Origin: Macrostomum lignano
Lineage: Eukaryota
Assembly (NCBI GenBank): GCA_002269645.1
Contig: NIVC01001652.1
Location: 62,001-126,000 of the forward strand
Direction of reading: 5' to 3'
Length of the DNA: 64,000 bases
Every line of letters begins with the position of its first letter. Within the stretch, counting starts at the first letter, position 1. The notes under the pieces were generated by a model. That model worked only from the letters and a program-made list of their open reading frames with translations. It was not told where the DNA came from and searched no databases. Of this stretch, positions 12,441 to 24,872 are shown one piece after another. The position numbers and the translations under genes are program-made.

Positions 12441-15400
12441 TGCTCAGCTACACATCAACGGGCGACCGCTGAGGATGCAGGTGGACACCGGAGCTTGCGC
12501 CAGCCTCGTATCTAAGCAGCACTGGAAGCAGCTGGGTCGGCCGCGACTACAGAACGCCGAGGTTCAACTGCGCACCTGGACAGGCGAGAGCATCCCAGTG
12601 CTGGGGTCTGCGAATGTGGAAGTGCAGTACGGCACGCAGACTTGCGAGCTGCCCCTGATAGTCACCAGCCTAGAGAAGGCAAGCCCGTTAATGGGCCGGG
12701 ACTGGCTAAGGAACATTCGGCTGAACTGGAAGGAGATCTTCGCCATCAGCGATCCAGTTCCACCGGAGATCTCAGCTACGCCAACAGCGCCACCAGAGTT
12801 GGACGGCCTGCTGCAGAAGTTTGCGGACGTGTTCGAGCCGGGCCTGGGCAACTTCACCCAGCACAGTGTGAAGCTGCGGCTGCAAGAGGACGCGCTGCCC
12901 AAGTTCTGCAAGGCCCGACCCGTGCCGTACGCCCTGAAGTCCAAGATCGACGCGGAGTTGCAGCGGATGCAGGAAGTAGGGGTGATAGAGCCCGTTCGGC
13001 ATAGCGACTGGGCGACTCCGGTCGTGCCCGTAAGCAAGCCAAACGGGACCATCAGACTGTGCGGTGACTACAAGGTCACGCTGAACCCGCAGCTGAAGAT
13101 CGATCACTACCCTATGCCGACGCCAGAGGAGCTCTACGACGCGGTCGGCGGCGGCAAGATCTTCTCCAAGCTGGACCTGTCGGAATGCTACCTGCAGTTT
13201 CCACTGGACGAGGCCAGCCAAGACTTGACCACCATCAACACCCACAAGGGACTGTTTAAGTTCAAGCGACTTCCATATGGAGTCAGCTCGGCGCCTGCGC
13301 TATGCCAGCAGATCATGGAGTCTGTGCTGCAGGGTGCCAGCTCAACTTGCTGCCGGATTGACGACATCTTGGTGGCAGGGAAAAACTCGGAGAACCACCT
13401 GAGTAATCTGCGGGAGGTTCTGAACCGTTTGCGCAAAGCTGGACTCCGACTCAAGCTAGAGAAGTGCAGGTTCTTTGAGAGCGAGGTGGAGTACCTGGGC
13501 TCGCTTATTAGCAGCGAAGGGGTCCGGAAGAGTCCAAAGAATGTCGAGGCCATCAGAGCCAGCCCGAAGCCGACAACCGTGTCCGAGTTGCGGTCCTTTC
13601 TAGGTCTGGCAAACTACTACGCCAAGCATGTTGCTAACTTCTCGACAAAGGCGGCCCCGCTGTACAAGCTTCTTCGCAAGGACACCGCGTGGGAGTGGAC
13701 AGCGAGCCAGCAGTCGGCCTGGGAGGCTTTGAAGGAGGCACTTGCGTCAGACACCGTGCTGACTTGCTACAACCCCGACTGGCCGCTGATACTGGCTGCG
13801 GATGCCTCCTCCGTCGGCATTGGAGCCGTCATCTCCCACGTGGTGCCTGACGGAACCGAGAAGCCGATCGCCTTCGCCTCACGGAGCTTGAACGCCGCGG
13901 AGAAGAATTACGCTCAGATCGAGAAGGAGGCACTGGCGATCATCTTTGGCATGAAGAAGTTTCACAACTACACATACGGCCAGAAGATCACCATCATCAC
14001 TGACCACCAGCCCCTGACGAGCATCTTTGGACCGAAAAACGGCGTCTCGGCGACAGCAGCAGCACGTCTGCAGCGATGGGCGCTCACGCTGGCCGCGTAC
14101 GACTACGACATCCGCTACAAAAACACCAAGCAGCACAGTAACGCTGACTTCCTGTCACGGCTACCCCTGGCGACCCAGTTGGAAGCCGACGACTCCAGAG
14201 GGGTGTTCTGGACAGACGAAGAGGGCCAGGGCAGCGAAGACTGGCCACTGCTGGCCAAAGACATTGCTAGCGCCAGTCAACGAGACACCGACCTCCAGGA
14301 GGTGTTGCGGTACACGTGTGACGGATGGCCGCACGCCTGGCGCGGCAGTCAAGAGCCTTACCATCGACGGCGACATGAGCTCAGTTTGGAGGAGGGCTGC
14401 CTGCTGTGGGGGGCGCGGGTCGTCATCCCTGCGGCACTGCGATCTCGCGTTCTGCAAGAGCTGCACGCTGATCATGCCGGCATCGTGAGAATGAAGTCGG
14501 TGGCGCGAAGCTTCGTGTGGTGGCCTGGCCTGGATCAAGACATCGAGCGGGTGGCTGGCTCCTGCAGCCAGTGCCAGATGACGCGGCCAGAGACTACGGC
14601 GCCACTTCACCCCTGGATCTGGCCGGACCAACCGTGGGAGCGGATCCACATGGACTTCGCGGGTCCCGTGGAGGGCCAGAACTATCTTCTAGTTGTGGAC
14701 GCACACTCCAAGTGGCCACACGTAGAGCAAGTCAGCAGTCTTACAAGCGCTGAGGTCGTGAAGCGGTTGCGGCGTCTTTTCGCCCAGTGGGGGCTGCCAC
14801 ACCAGATCGTGTCTGACAACGGGCCAGCCTTCGCTAGTGCGGAGTTTCAAGATTTCTGCAAGAGCAACGGAATTAAGCACATCCGCAGTAGCCCATACCA
14901 CCCGAAGACCAACGGCCTGGTGGAGCGCCTGGTAGGCAGCTTCAAGCGGGCCATGAAGTCCAGTCAGGCGGACGCAGGGAACGCCGACAAGCGACTGCAG
15001 AACTGGCTGCTTGGCTACCGCGCCACACAACACCCAACCACTGGCCGGGCCCCGGCGCAGCTCATGCTCGGCCGGGGGCTGCGGACGCGCATGGATCTGA
15101 TGCGGCCGTCTACTCGAGACCGGGTTCTTCGTGCTCAGGCAGATCAGAAGAAGCTCCACGACCGCAAGGCTCGCCACGCCGATCAACTGCCGGACCAGGT
15201 GTGGGCGCGGGATTACCGCCGTGGCGCAGAGCGTTGGACGGAAGGCCGGGTGACAGAGCAGACCGGGCCACTCAGCTACCGAGTGGAGACCCGGGATGGC
15301 GTCATCGAGCGCCGGCACGCCGACCAGCTGCGGCCACGAACTACGCCGACGCCGCTAGCCGCCAGCCGCCTGTCGACTGAGACCGGCGACGTGACGGACC

Positions 15401-15570
15401 GAGCCGGCGATGAGGCCGGCGACGCGGAGTTCGCCAGCTCGGCCCCTGAAGTTGATTCGGGCCAGCCGGCGAGGGACGTCGAATCGCCGCAGATGCGCCG
15501 CTCAGCGCGAACGCGACAGGAACCGGACCGGCTGCTGTACACTAAACCGGGAACTCCCGGATGTGACTGA
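12441..15570 (+). CDS. pol: Pol (protease, RT, RNase H, integrase); originally continuous with gag
   Basis: VDTGA; FSKLDLSECYLQF, RLPYG, RIDD; LAADASSVGIG, EKEALA, TDHQPL; HHCC plus D-D-E (MDFAGP, SDNG, NGLVER). No internal stops. Confidence 0.96.
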
Positions 15571-15607
15571 TTAGAGACAATCGCGTTTTGGTAGGGAAGG
15601 GGAAAAC

Positions 15608-15935
15608 TGTAGTGTCTGTCTATCGGTTAGCTCGTACTCGCACTCCTCAGTCCCACCAGGCACCGGTCTTTGTCTAGCCGTTACAGTCATCACTGTACGG
15701 CCAATGCACGCACAAGTCCTATGCACAAGTCTGTCTGTCTGCACCCCGCACCCCCAACAAGCATAGGCCTGCCGGTTGTCTTCCCCCAAGCTGGGAAGCA
15801 GAGAGAGATAAATAAAGAAGCCCGAGGCCTGGCGCCTCTGTAAGAAGCTACGAACCAAGATCGAGCTGGCCTACGAGGCTCACACACACGCTCGTGCACA
15901 ATCTTATTCTTATTCATTTGGAGCTAGACTCCACA
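15608..15935 (+). repeat. 3' LTR
   Basis: Preceded by PPT gtagggaaggggaaaac and followed by TSD gttgg. Confidence 0.97.
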
Positions 15936-16211
15936 GTTGGGTTACGTAAACTTATTCAGTCGAATACTAACCGCGGCTAAATTTGCTTAACTTGCCATGG
16001 CATCAACCTCAATAAAATTTTGTTAATGAATCTTTTGAAATGAAAAAATATCTGTAAAAATCGGGAACCGTGAGATCAGCTGATCTAGCTGAAACGCTGC
16101 ACTCTATGGCAATTAGTTGTCAACTGCACCCTCGAGTTTTTTCTCTGCGGCTTGCTGATCGATAAGAATTTTCGTCTGCCAATCTCGTCCCGTCCGTCAG
16201 CCCAAGCCGTC

Positions 16212-19200
16212 ATGAAGCCTCGCCGGCCAGGCGCCAACTCGGACAGCGACGGCAACGCTGGTCCCGCGCCGTTCTACAAGGCGCCGGAGTTCTGCTGCGC
16301 ACAGGGCCTCGCCGACTATCGCTGCCAGCCGCTGGTGCCCGCCGCCGAGCTGCGCCGCGAAGCTGCGCTTGCCGACGTGGCTGCCGACCTCGGCGTGGTG
16401 CCCGCGGCGCTGGAGGAGCCGGAGGTGGCCTATCATACCGACAGAAAGCGTCTGGTTCTCTGCGAGTGCGACAAGTACTACTATATGTACTATCGGTGGG
16501 TTCCGTTGCTGACTGTCCATTCCGTGGGGTGGGTGGTGCTGTGGGTGGTGGGGTGAGTGGTGGAATGGGTGCTGGGGTGAGTGGTGGAATGGGTGCTGGG
16601 GTGAGTGGTGGAATGGGTGCTGGGGTGAGTGGTGGAATGGGTGCTGGGGTGAGTGGTGGAATTGGTGCTGGGGTGAGTGGTGGAATGGGTGCTGGGGTGA
16701 GTGGTGGAATGGGTGCTGGGGTGAGTAGTGGTGGTGGTTTGGGTGGTGGAATGGGTGCTGACGGTTCTAGTCGCTGAGCAAAGACCGTTATACTCCAGCG
16801 ACCCGGCGGCACCCAGCGCCTTGTCCTGCTGCAAGTCCACCGGGCGGCTGCACCTGCTAGCGAAGTCGTCACTGCCGCGGCCGGTGCGGGCCACCCACGC
16901 GGCAGAATTCGACGCCTACCTGGGCAGATTCGAGCCGCGGCTGCCCGGCTGCCAGTGGAAGCTGTTGCTGGCCGGCAGCAGCGAGCACGTGGGCCACACG
17001 GGCTCGGGGGACTCAATCCGGGCGGTCACCAGCTTGCAGCTGCTGCCGCTCACCTGGTACCGCCCGATGACTCGAGGTCGCCTGGACGCCGTGCCGCCTC
17101 CCGCTGCCGACGCCTCCGAGGGCTCGGCCGGGTCCGGCCAGTTCTACGCCGACTTTGAAGGACACCTGAAATTTCACCTGGCCGGCGTGTGGGCCGAGGA
17201 GGGCGCCGAGTGCGAGCACCTGGGCATCGAGTGCCGGCACCTGGCCTGCTGCGGCAGCCGGGCGCAGCTGTTCTACTCTCCCACTGGTGACGTCACTCGG
17301 CCGCTGCTCCAGGAGCCATCGACAGCTGCTGGGGCGTCAGCGCAGAAACTGAGGTGCGTTAAACTGTGTTGCCAAACGACTGTTTATGGGGGTGTTCCAA
17401 GCACCAGAATGCTAAGATTGATCCTATTTTTAGCTCTAGCTTTGTTAGAATGCACAATGAGGTACGTTTTATCTACATACATTTTGCACATTCGAATCTG
17501 CTATCTATTAAATACTTCGTATATGGTTAGGACTTGAAATTTCTGCACGTGTATTTAAGTAGCCATTGTAGAGTACGAAGTATCCCACTGTTTTAAAATT
17601 CAGTCAGTCAGTCAGTCAGTCAGTCAGTCAGTCAGTCAGTCAGTCAGTCAGTCAGTCAGTCAGTCAGTCAGTCAGTCAGTCAGTCAGTCAGTCAGTCAGT
17701 CAGTCAGTCAGTCAGTCAGTCAGTCAGTCAGTCAGTCAGTCAGTCAGTCAGTCAGTCAGTCAGTCAGTCAGTCAGTCAGTCAGTCAGTCAGTCAGTCAGT
17801 CAGTCAGTCAGTCAGTCAGTCAGTCAGTCAGTCAGTCAGTCAGTCAGTCAGTCAGTCAGTCAATAATATAGTCCATCTCCTTCCTGAAACCTTCCCCAAG
17901 AATTCTAACCTCGGTGCAGGAGTACCTGTGGAACTGGTTCGTCATACCGGACATTGGCAATCTGGCGGAGGCTGAGCTGGACCGCTGGCTGCATCCCGTG
18001 ATGCAGGGCTCCGCCTTCTCCGGCGTGGAGAAGGACGAGTCCGGCGGTGCCTGCTGCAGCCTCACTCTGGTCACGCGGCTTGGACGGTCGCGCGGCGGCC
18101 TTCGTCCACTGCGGACGGGAGCGGACGAGTTCGGCCGGGTCGCCGGGTCTCGCCAGTGCGAGCAGCTGCTTGACTGGACGGCTGGCAGCGGCGGCGGCGG
18201 CTCCCGCCAGCGGATGGCCTTCGTGAGCCACTGCGCCCAGTTGCCGCTGCTGATGAGGCGCAATTTCCCTCTGATCGACTCGATTGGTCCCTCATCGATG
18301 TCGAAGCAGCCGCAGACGCAGCAGCCGGCGGTGGAGCTGCACCCGGACTCGCGCAGGCAGGCCGCCACCCTCCGCCGGTGGCTGTCCGGACAGCTCGACC
18401 GGCTCGCCCGATTCGGCGGTGGCGGCGCCTCTCCACTGCCGCTGCTGCTACTGCGGCCGTCGGCGTCGCCGCTGGATCGGTCGGGCCAGAGCCACTGCCA
18501 GAGCGCCAAGCGGCTGTCCGACTCGCTGGAGGCCGCCTTCGAAGAGCTGCGTCGCCAGCTGAAACTCCTCAGCGCCGAAGCCTCAAGCTCGGCGGGACCG
18601 CCACCGTCGGCCTGGTCCTACCTGGAGCTGCCCGCCGCAGACACTGGCGACGAAGCCGTCCTGGCCATGGTGGCCGCCAGCGTCGGCAGCCTCCGTCTGG
18701 TTGGCAGCGGCAACAAAGCCTCGACAGTCTCGCGCCAGACTTTCAGCGTCTGCATGCTGGACGTGGAGACGGTCGAGTCGGCGCTGCCAGACTTGGCCGC
18801 GCTCGGCCAGGCGATGCTGGTCGCTCAGCTGCGCGGCCACTGCAGCGGGAGCGGCGGTGAGGCGGCCAGAGCGACTCGCTTCGTTCGCGGCGTCCTGCAG
18901 CTGGCCGAGCACGCCTGGCAGCTGGCCAGGGACTCGGCGCGGCTGGCCGAGGCTCAGCTCGTCACCGACCGTCCGGCGCGCATGGTGGACGATCGGGTGA
19001 GGACTAAAACCGGCCATGTGATGGCGCTTTCTCACTGCTAGCTCAACCTCTCGCCTCACAAACATTTGCTGCTGCAGACAGTGGACCCTGTGCCATTTTA
19101 GTCCTCTCTATCCGTATGAAATTCACCGGAAATTCACCCAGAACAAAGCCGGTATTAAGAAAATTAGCAGTCTGAATGTCTTAGCTTATACTCGTAGTTT

Positions 19201-20371
19201 AGATTAGCACTAAGCAATTAGTGCTGGAATTTTTAAACCAAGGGAGACGGATATCTCTGCGGAAGCTCAACTGGCCTATCCAGTAAAGTCTCCCGTCTTC
19301 CTGCAGGTGAGCATGCTGGCGAAAGCGGACGCCTGGATGCACCTGGACCTGCTCACGCAGCTGGCCACCGACATGATGCAGCGCCGGCCGCGCGGCCCAG
19401 AGACGCTGCTGGCCGCGTGCTCCCTGGCCACCTGGCCGTCCGTGAACCGCAGCCGCACCGGCTACCTGCACTGCGGCTTCGTTGCCGATGGAGAGGAGGT
19501 TGAACCGGACAAATCGGCCGGCCGGGCTGCACCTGACCCGGCCGAGGCCTGCTTCGCCTGGCTGGTGGCGGCACTGGAACGCGGGCTAACAGCAAGCGAG
19601 TCGACTCAGCAGCGTCCGTTTCTCGGCTCCGGCACCCTGGCGCTGCCAGCCGGGCCGGCCACAGAGGTCGCAGCCGCGGCTGCCGCCACTCTCGCCAGCG
19701 CCGATAAGCCGCTGGCCAACCTGATGAAGCTGACGCTGCGTCACGGCCTGCTGGCTCTTGTCTGCCGGGACCGGCTCCACCTGGTCAATCTGCTCTGCCT
19801 GTGGCGGCTGCCTTCGATCTCAGAAGGGTCGACGCCTTCGGAGCTGTCCGCCGCTGTTGACGCGGCTGTTGAATCTGTCACCGCCTCCTGCCCAGTGGCT
19901 GCCGTCTGGACTGTACCAGCCGAGGAACTCGCTGGAGTCAGCCTCCGACTGGCTGATGGCGGCAGCGGCTTCCTGGTCACCATGGGCTTCCGCTCCGCGC
20001 CACAAACTGTCTGCGGAGTGGTGACTGCCACCCCCGGGGTCAGCTGGACCGGGCGCCAGCTGGAGCCACGTGATCAGCGCTGGCGCTCTGCTGGCGGGGA
20101 AGCCCTGCGGTTCCTGCGGCTACTGGAGGCCCTGCGGCCTTCTGGGTCACAGAGCCCCGGGCTGCTGCGCTTTCGCGGAGTCGGCGCCTCCGTCGCTGAA
20201 CCCAACGACGCCTCGGCGGGCGAGCGTCGCCATCCGTACGAATTGGCCGACGGACCCGCTCTGCTGCGGCGAGCTCTGACTCCAGCTCGACGGGGATCGA
20301 CTGACGGGCCGTCAAGCTGCCTGATGGCCGACTGCCTGTGGGCCTTTCTGCGTGCCGGTGCTGGGCAGTAG
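16212..20371 (+). CDS. Divergent SAC-domain (SAC2/INPP5F-like) protein, predicted catalytically inactive, about 1004 aa; exons 16212-16495, 16784-17353, 17901-18996, 19307-20371
   Basis: SAC blocks appear in the correct order: LFYSPTGDVT, YLWNW, WLHPVMQG, LTLVTRLGRSRGGLRPLRTGADEFGRVAGSRQCEQLL, AFVSHCAQLP, QAMLVAQL. The four GT-AG exons join in frame (3015 nt). Confidence 0.72.
16545..16760. repeat. 24-bp minisatellite in intron 1 of the SAC-like gene
   Basis: Unit ggggtgagtggtggaatgggtgct. Confidence 0.93.
17601..17862. repeat. (CAGT)n microsatellite in intron 2 of the SAC-like gene
   Basis: Pure tetranucleotide run. Confidence 0.98.
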
Positions 20372-20882
20372 GTTGAGGCAAAATGGTCGCTGCAGCTCCA
20401 GTTAAACAAATCTGTACATTTTTTGACTGCACTATTGATACTACTGCTAAACTACTGACTTTTTTGATAATCAATTTCTCCGATTTTATGCAGTTCCTAT
20501 TTGCCTTTCTTCAACGTCCTTCAAATATATTTAGCAACCAATTTCAACGCGAAACTCTGTGAAAGGCGAATCTCTTTTTGAAAAATTTATTTGTTGAAAA
20601 TCAGCTTGAAAAACTAAAAAAACGTTTTGGGATTTTCTAGTAAGCTGGTTTGCGGTCAACTGCAGTGCGTTTCACACCGAAGTATTTTATTAAAATACTG
20701 TAAAGTTTTGTGGAGAAAGCAAGTAAGCAAGTATAAAGAAGGTCAAATCAAATAAAAGAATTCCAGCCTGAATAACCAGGACAGTAAAATTATTTACAGC
20801 TCTCGACTCCTGTACCTGTTCAGCTGCCTCTGACGGCCCTCGGATGAAGAAGGTCAAGTCAAGCACGATTGTTAAGCAGATT

Positions 20883-22181
20883 TTACCCGCTGTCACCGTT
20901 TGCCAGCAGACTTTTACTGGCACACGCAGAGCAGAGCTTGTCCTCGGTGCGCAGGCAGCCGGCTTCTCTAGTTGGGTCGCATCTTCTTCGAGTTGAGGTG
21001 CTCCTCAACTGACAGCAGTTGCTCAACTTTGCACCGCAAAACGCCCGAATGCACCAGAGTAGAAGTAAAAATACCGATAAAGCCACAGCGATGATCCCCA
21101 GAACAGTTTTGATAGATGGTGTGACGCCTGGCTTTGGCGATGATGCTTCTGTAGCACCGCGGACTCTGCCAGTCTGTTGGTCAGCTGTTCCACCGAATCG
21201 GTGAGTTCTCTTTTCCAATCGCACTTTCTCAGTAACCGGCTCGGCTGTTGCTGCTTTTCTTTCAACTGTACTCGTAGACAAAGCGATGCTTTTGTTATCA
21301 TCACCATCTTTATCCTTAATGCGTTCAGTTACGCCATCGACGCTTTTGTTAAAACCTTCAGAACTTCTTTCCACGCTGCTTACGGTTGTTTGGCCACTTT
21401 TACTAACTGTGCTTGAATTTTGACCAAGGCTAATGTTTATTGTTTGAACGCTGCCGCCTTCGACCATTCGTAATGGCTTTGATTGACCAACGACTCGACT
21501 TACGGTCTTGACATTTTTCTTCCGACTGCTGTTGCCTTTCGGAGCTGCTTTGCCGCTGATAGAGCTCTTGGTGAGGCCGCTGCCGATTTGTGGATCTGCG
21601 TCGCTGCTGATCAACTTTCTGGTGTGACCGCTGCCGATTTGTGGATCTGCGTCCCTGCTGATCAACTTTCTGGTGTGACCGCTGCCGATTTGTGGATCTG
21701 CGTCCCTGCTGATCAACTTTCTGGTGTGACCGCTGCCGATTTGTGGATCTGCGTCCCTGCTGATCAACTTTCTGGTGTGACCGCTGCCGATTTGTGGATC
21801 TGCGTCCCTGCTGATCAACTTTCTGGTGTGACCGCTGCCGATTTGTGGATCTGCGTCCCTGCTGATCAACTTTCTGGTGTGACCGCTGCCGATTTGTGGA
21901 TCTGCGTCCCTGCTGATCAACTTTCTGGTGTGACCGCTGCCGATTTGTGGATCTGCGTCCCTGCTGATCAACTTTCTGGTGTGACCGCTGCCGCTTTTTG
22001 GAGCAGTGCCGCTGTTGATTGAGTTTTCGCTGGCATGAGTTTCTTCGAAAAGTTTGCTAGTTTGGCTAACTTTTCCATAGAACAGCCGCTGGTTTTTAGT
22101 CCGGTTCGCAGATTTGTCGTTGAAAAGTGCATTCGCTGTTGCTGAAAGAATCGCCAGTACGAGAATGTTCCTGGCAGTCAT
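20883..22181 (-). CDS. Type I membrane protein with 8 x 17-aa extracellular repeats (mucin-like, unknown family)
   Basis: Signal MTARNILVLAILSATANA, (SGHTRKLISRDADPQIG)x8, Ser/Thr-rich stalk, TM VLGIIAVALSVFLLLLW, Cys-rich short tail. Single long ORF. Confidence 0.75.
   Translation of the reverse strand: MTARNILVLAILSATANALFNDKSANRTKNQRLFYGKVSQTSKLFEETHASENSINSGTAPKSGSGHTRKLISRDADPQIGSGHTRKLISRDADPQIGSGHTRKLISRDADPQIGSGHTRKLISRDADPQIGSGHTRKLISRDADPQIGSGHTRKLISRDADPQIGSGHTRKLISRDADPQIGSGHTRKLISSDADPQIGSGLTKSSISGKAAPKGNSSRKKNVKTVSRVVGQSKPLRMVEGGSVQTINISLGQNSSTVSKSGQTTVSSVERSSEGFNKSVDGVTERIKDKDGDDNKSIALSTSTVERKAATAEPVTEKVRLEKRTHRFGGTADQQTGRVRGATEASSPKPGVTPSIKTVLGIIAVALSVFLLLLWCIRAFCGAKLSNCCQLRSTSTRRRCDPTREAGCLRTEDKLCSACASKSLLANGDSG
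21580..21992. repeat. 51-bp coding tandem repeat (8 copies)
   Basis: Near-identical unit ccgctgccgatttgtggatctgcgtccctgctgatcaactttctggtgtga. Confidence 0.95.
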
Positions 22182-23299
22182 TTTTGTCGGGCTCACGGGC
22201 TATTTCAATAGCTTTTATATTACTCGTAGAATTGGCAAAAGCTTTACGCTTTAACTTGAAAAGTTCGCTGGCGGGGTACGCAGACTGTATACGAGCGTAA
22301 TTCAGAATTAAGCTTTAGTATATTTGAATTTTTTAGTGAAAACGCGATCGAAATCGGTCTAGGATTGCAGTTTGCAGAGCGTTTTACACAGACAGACAGA
22401 CAAATATTAGAGATTTAGTATAGTTGGATACAGTGTGCTGAGTGAGTAATGCTCGCATATATATATACATTTCAAGAGTTGTTTTACAAGGTACTTTGTA
22501 CTTTGTTCGTTAGTGTGATGTACATGTTTGTTATTAAATTGGCGCTCTCCCGTACTGTACAAGGCTGTAGAAACTGTACAAATCTGTACAGCTTCTTTCA
22601 CAAGCCCAACGGCCTTGCTGTACCACGTGGTTCTATTTTTAGAGCTCACATCAGTTCCAAGTCGAAAGGTAAAACCCATGGAATTGTCAAAACGAATTCA
22701 GCATAGTACGTACGAGCTTGTGCTAGCAATCTGCACCACACCCCCGTTGGGGAGACAACAAAGAAAGAATAAAATTTGAATGAACTACAAGGTTTTGATC
22801 ACGTACAGTTGCTATTGTCAGTTTCCAGAGGAAAATGATGTTTAAAGCAAAAAAGCATCAGTCCTGATAGCCAGCTGTCCAGCCTAAGATTTCAGCACCC
22901 CCTTTGAGCTTTGACACCAAACCCTCCCTTTAATTTAAGCCACGGGCTTAAAACCTAACTCTCCCCTTGATGCTTGACCTACTCTCGTACCAACAACTGC
23001 CAATTGACTCTTGGCATCTCAGCAACCCCCATAAGCCACAAAATTTGAGCTTTTCCCGTCTCCTCAGTGTGTTCTTCCTGCTTCTGGGCGGCCTTTCTCA
23101 ACCGGATTTGTCAATCCCCATTAAGCCCAATCGAAACGATCAAATCTTTGCAACCGAGTGGCTTGCTGATGATAAACTGAAACCCATGTCCTGCATTTTG
23201 TTAATCAATTTCCATTTCATTGTGGAATAATAAAGTTGATTTGAATCAGAATTCAGTTCAATTACATTGGAGAATTCTAATCAGCATATAGATAGAGAA

Positions 23300-24374
<1,075 letters not shown>

Positions 24375-24872
24375 AATCAATTTAGGATGGAAGACAATTG
24401 AGGTCACACTTAATTTTAGCTTTCTTTATCAGTCTATGGGTGTGCCCCAACTTGTATGACTAACAATGTACAATATTTTTAGAAATGTATTTTTAGCAAG
24501 TGTGCAATATGTGTAAATTTGCAAAGTAATGGTAATTGCTATAATAAGTACTTTGTGAGTTCCATGTTCAAGCTTTCAACTCTGATTCAGACGCCGCTCA
24601 GGCTTTGGTTGCTCGCAAATTTGGCTTTATTTCATTTTATCGGAAAGAATTTCAGTATCTGATAGATAAAAACAGCAGTTTTTTGAATGCACAATTTATG
24701 AATTTTCACTTTGCACAATTTATTCATTAGTTATACTGTTTCTCGTCGTAAAATGAAACAAACAAAAAACTATAGAATTTTGCCTCACAAATTTATTTCC
24801 GAATAATTACGCTCGTACGATAAAGCACAACATAAACCAATAATACATAACATAAACTACATAAAAAAGCCA

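Larger units (their letters stand above)
10942..15935 (+). mobile_element. Full-length Ty3/Gypsy LTR retrotransposon, Mag-like
   Basis: LTRs at 10942-11269 and 15608-15935 (328 bp, TG..CA, no differences seen). 5-bp TSD GTTGG at 10937-10941 and 15936-15940. PBS TGGCGACGAGGATG and a polypurine tract before the 3' LTR. Domain order is gag-PR-RT-RH-IN. Confidence 0.98.

Noticed and set aside
12180-12475. Programmed frameshift or readthrough between gag and pol
   Set aside because: The gap is fully explained by a TSD-flanked insertion, and the ancestral element had one ORF.
12564-15542. Antisense and alternate-frame ORFs over pol, and similar ones over other GC-rich exons
   Set aside because: Expected shadows of GC-rich coding sequence; no recognisable domains.
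16212-20371. Idea that this gene is a WDR11-complex partner (FAM91A1 or C17orf75) clustered with WDR11
   Set aside because: No resemblance to the recalled sequences; the motifs fit the SAC domain instead.
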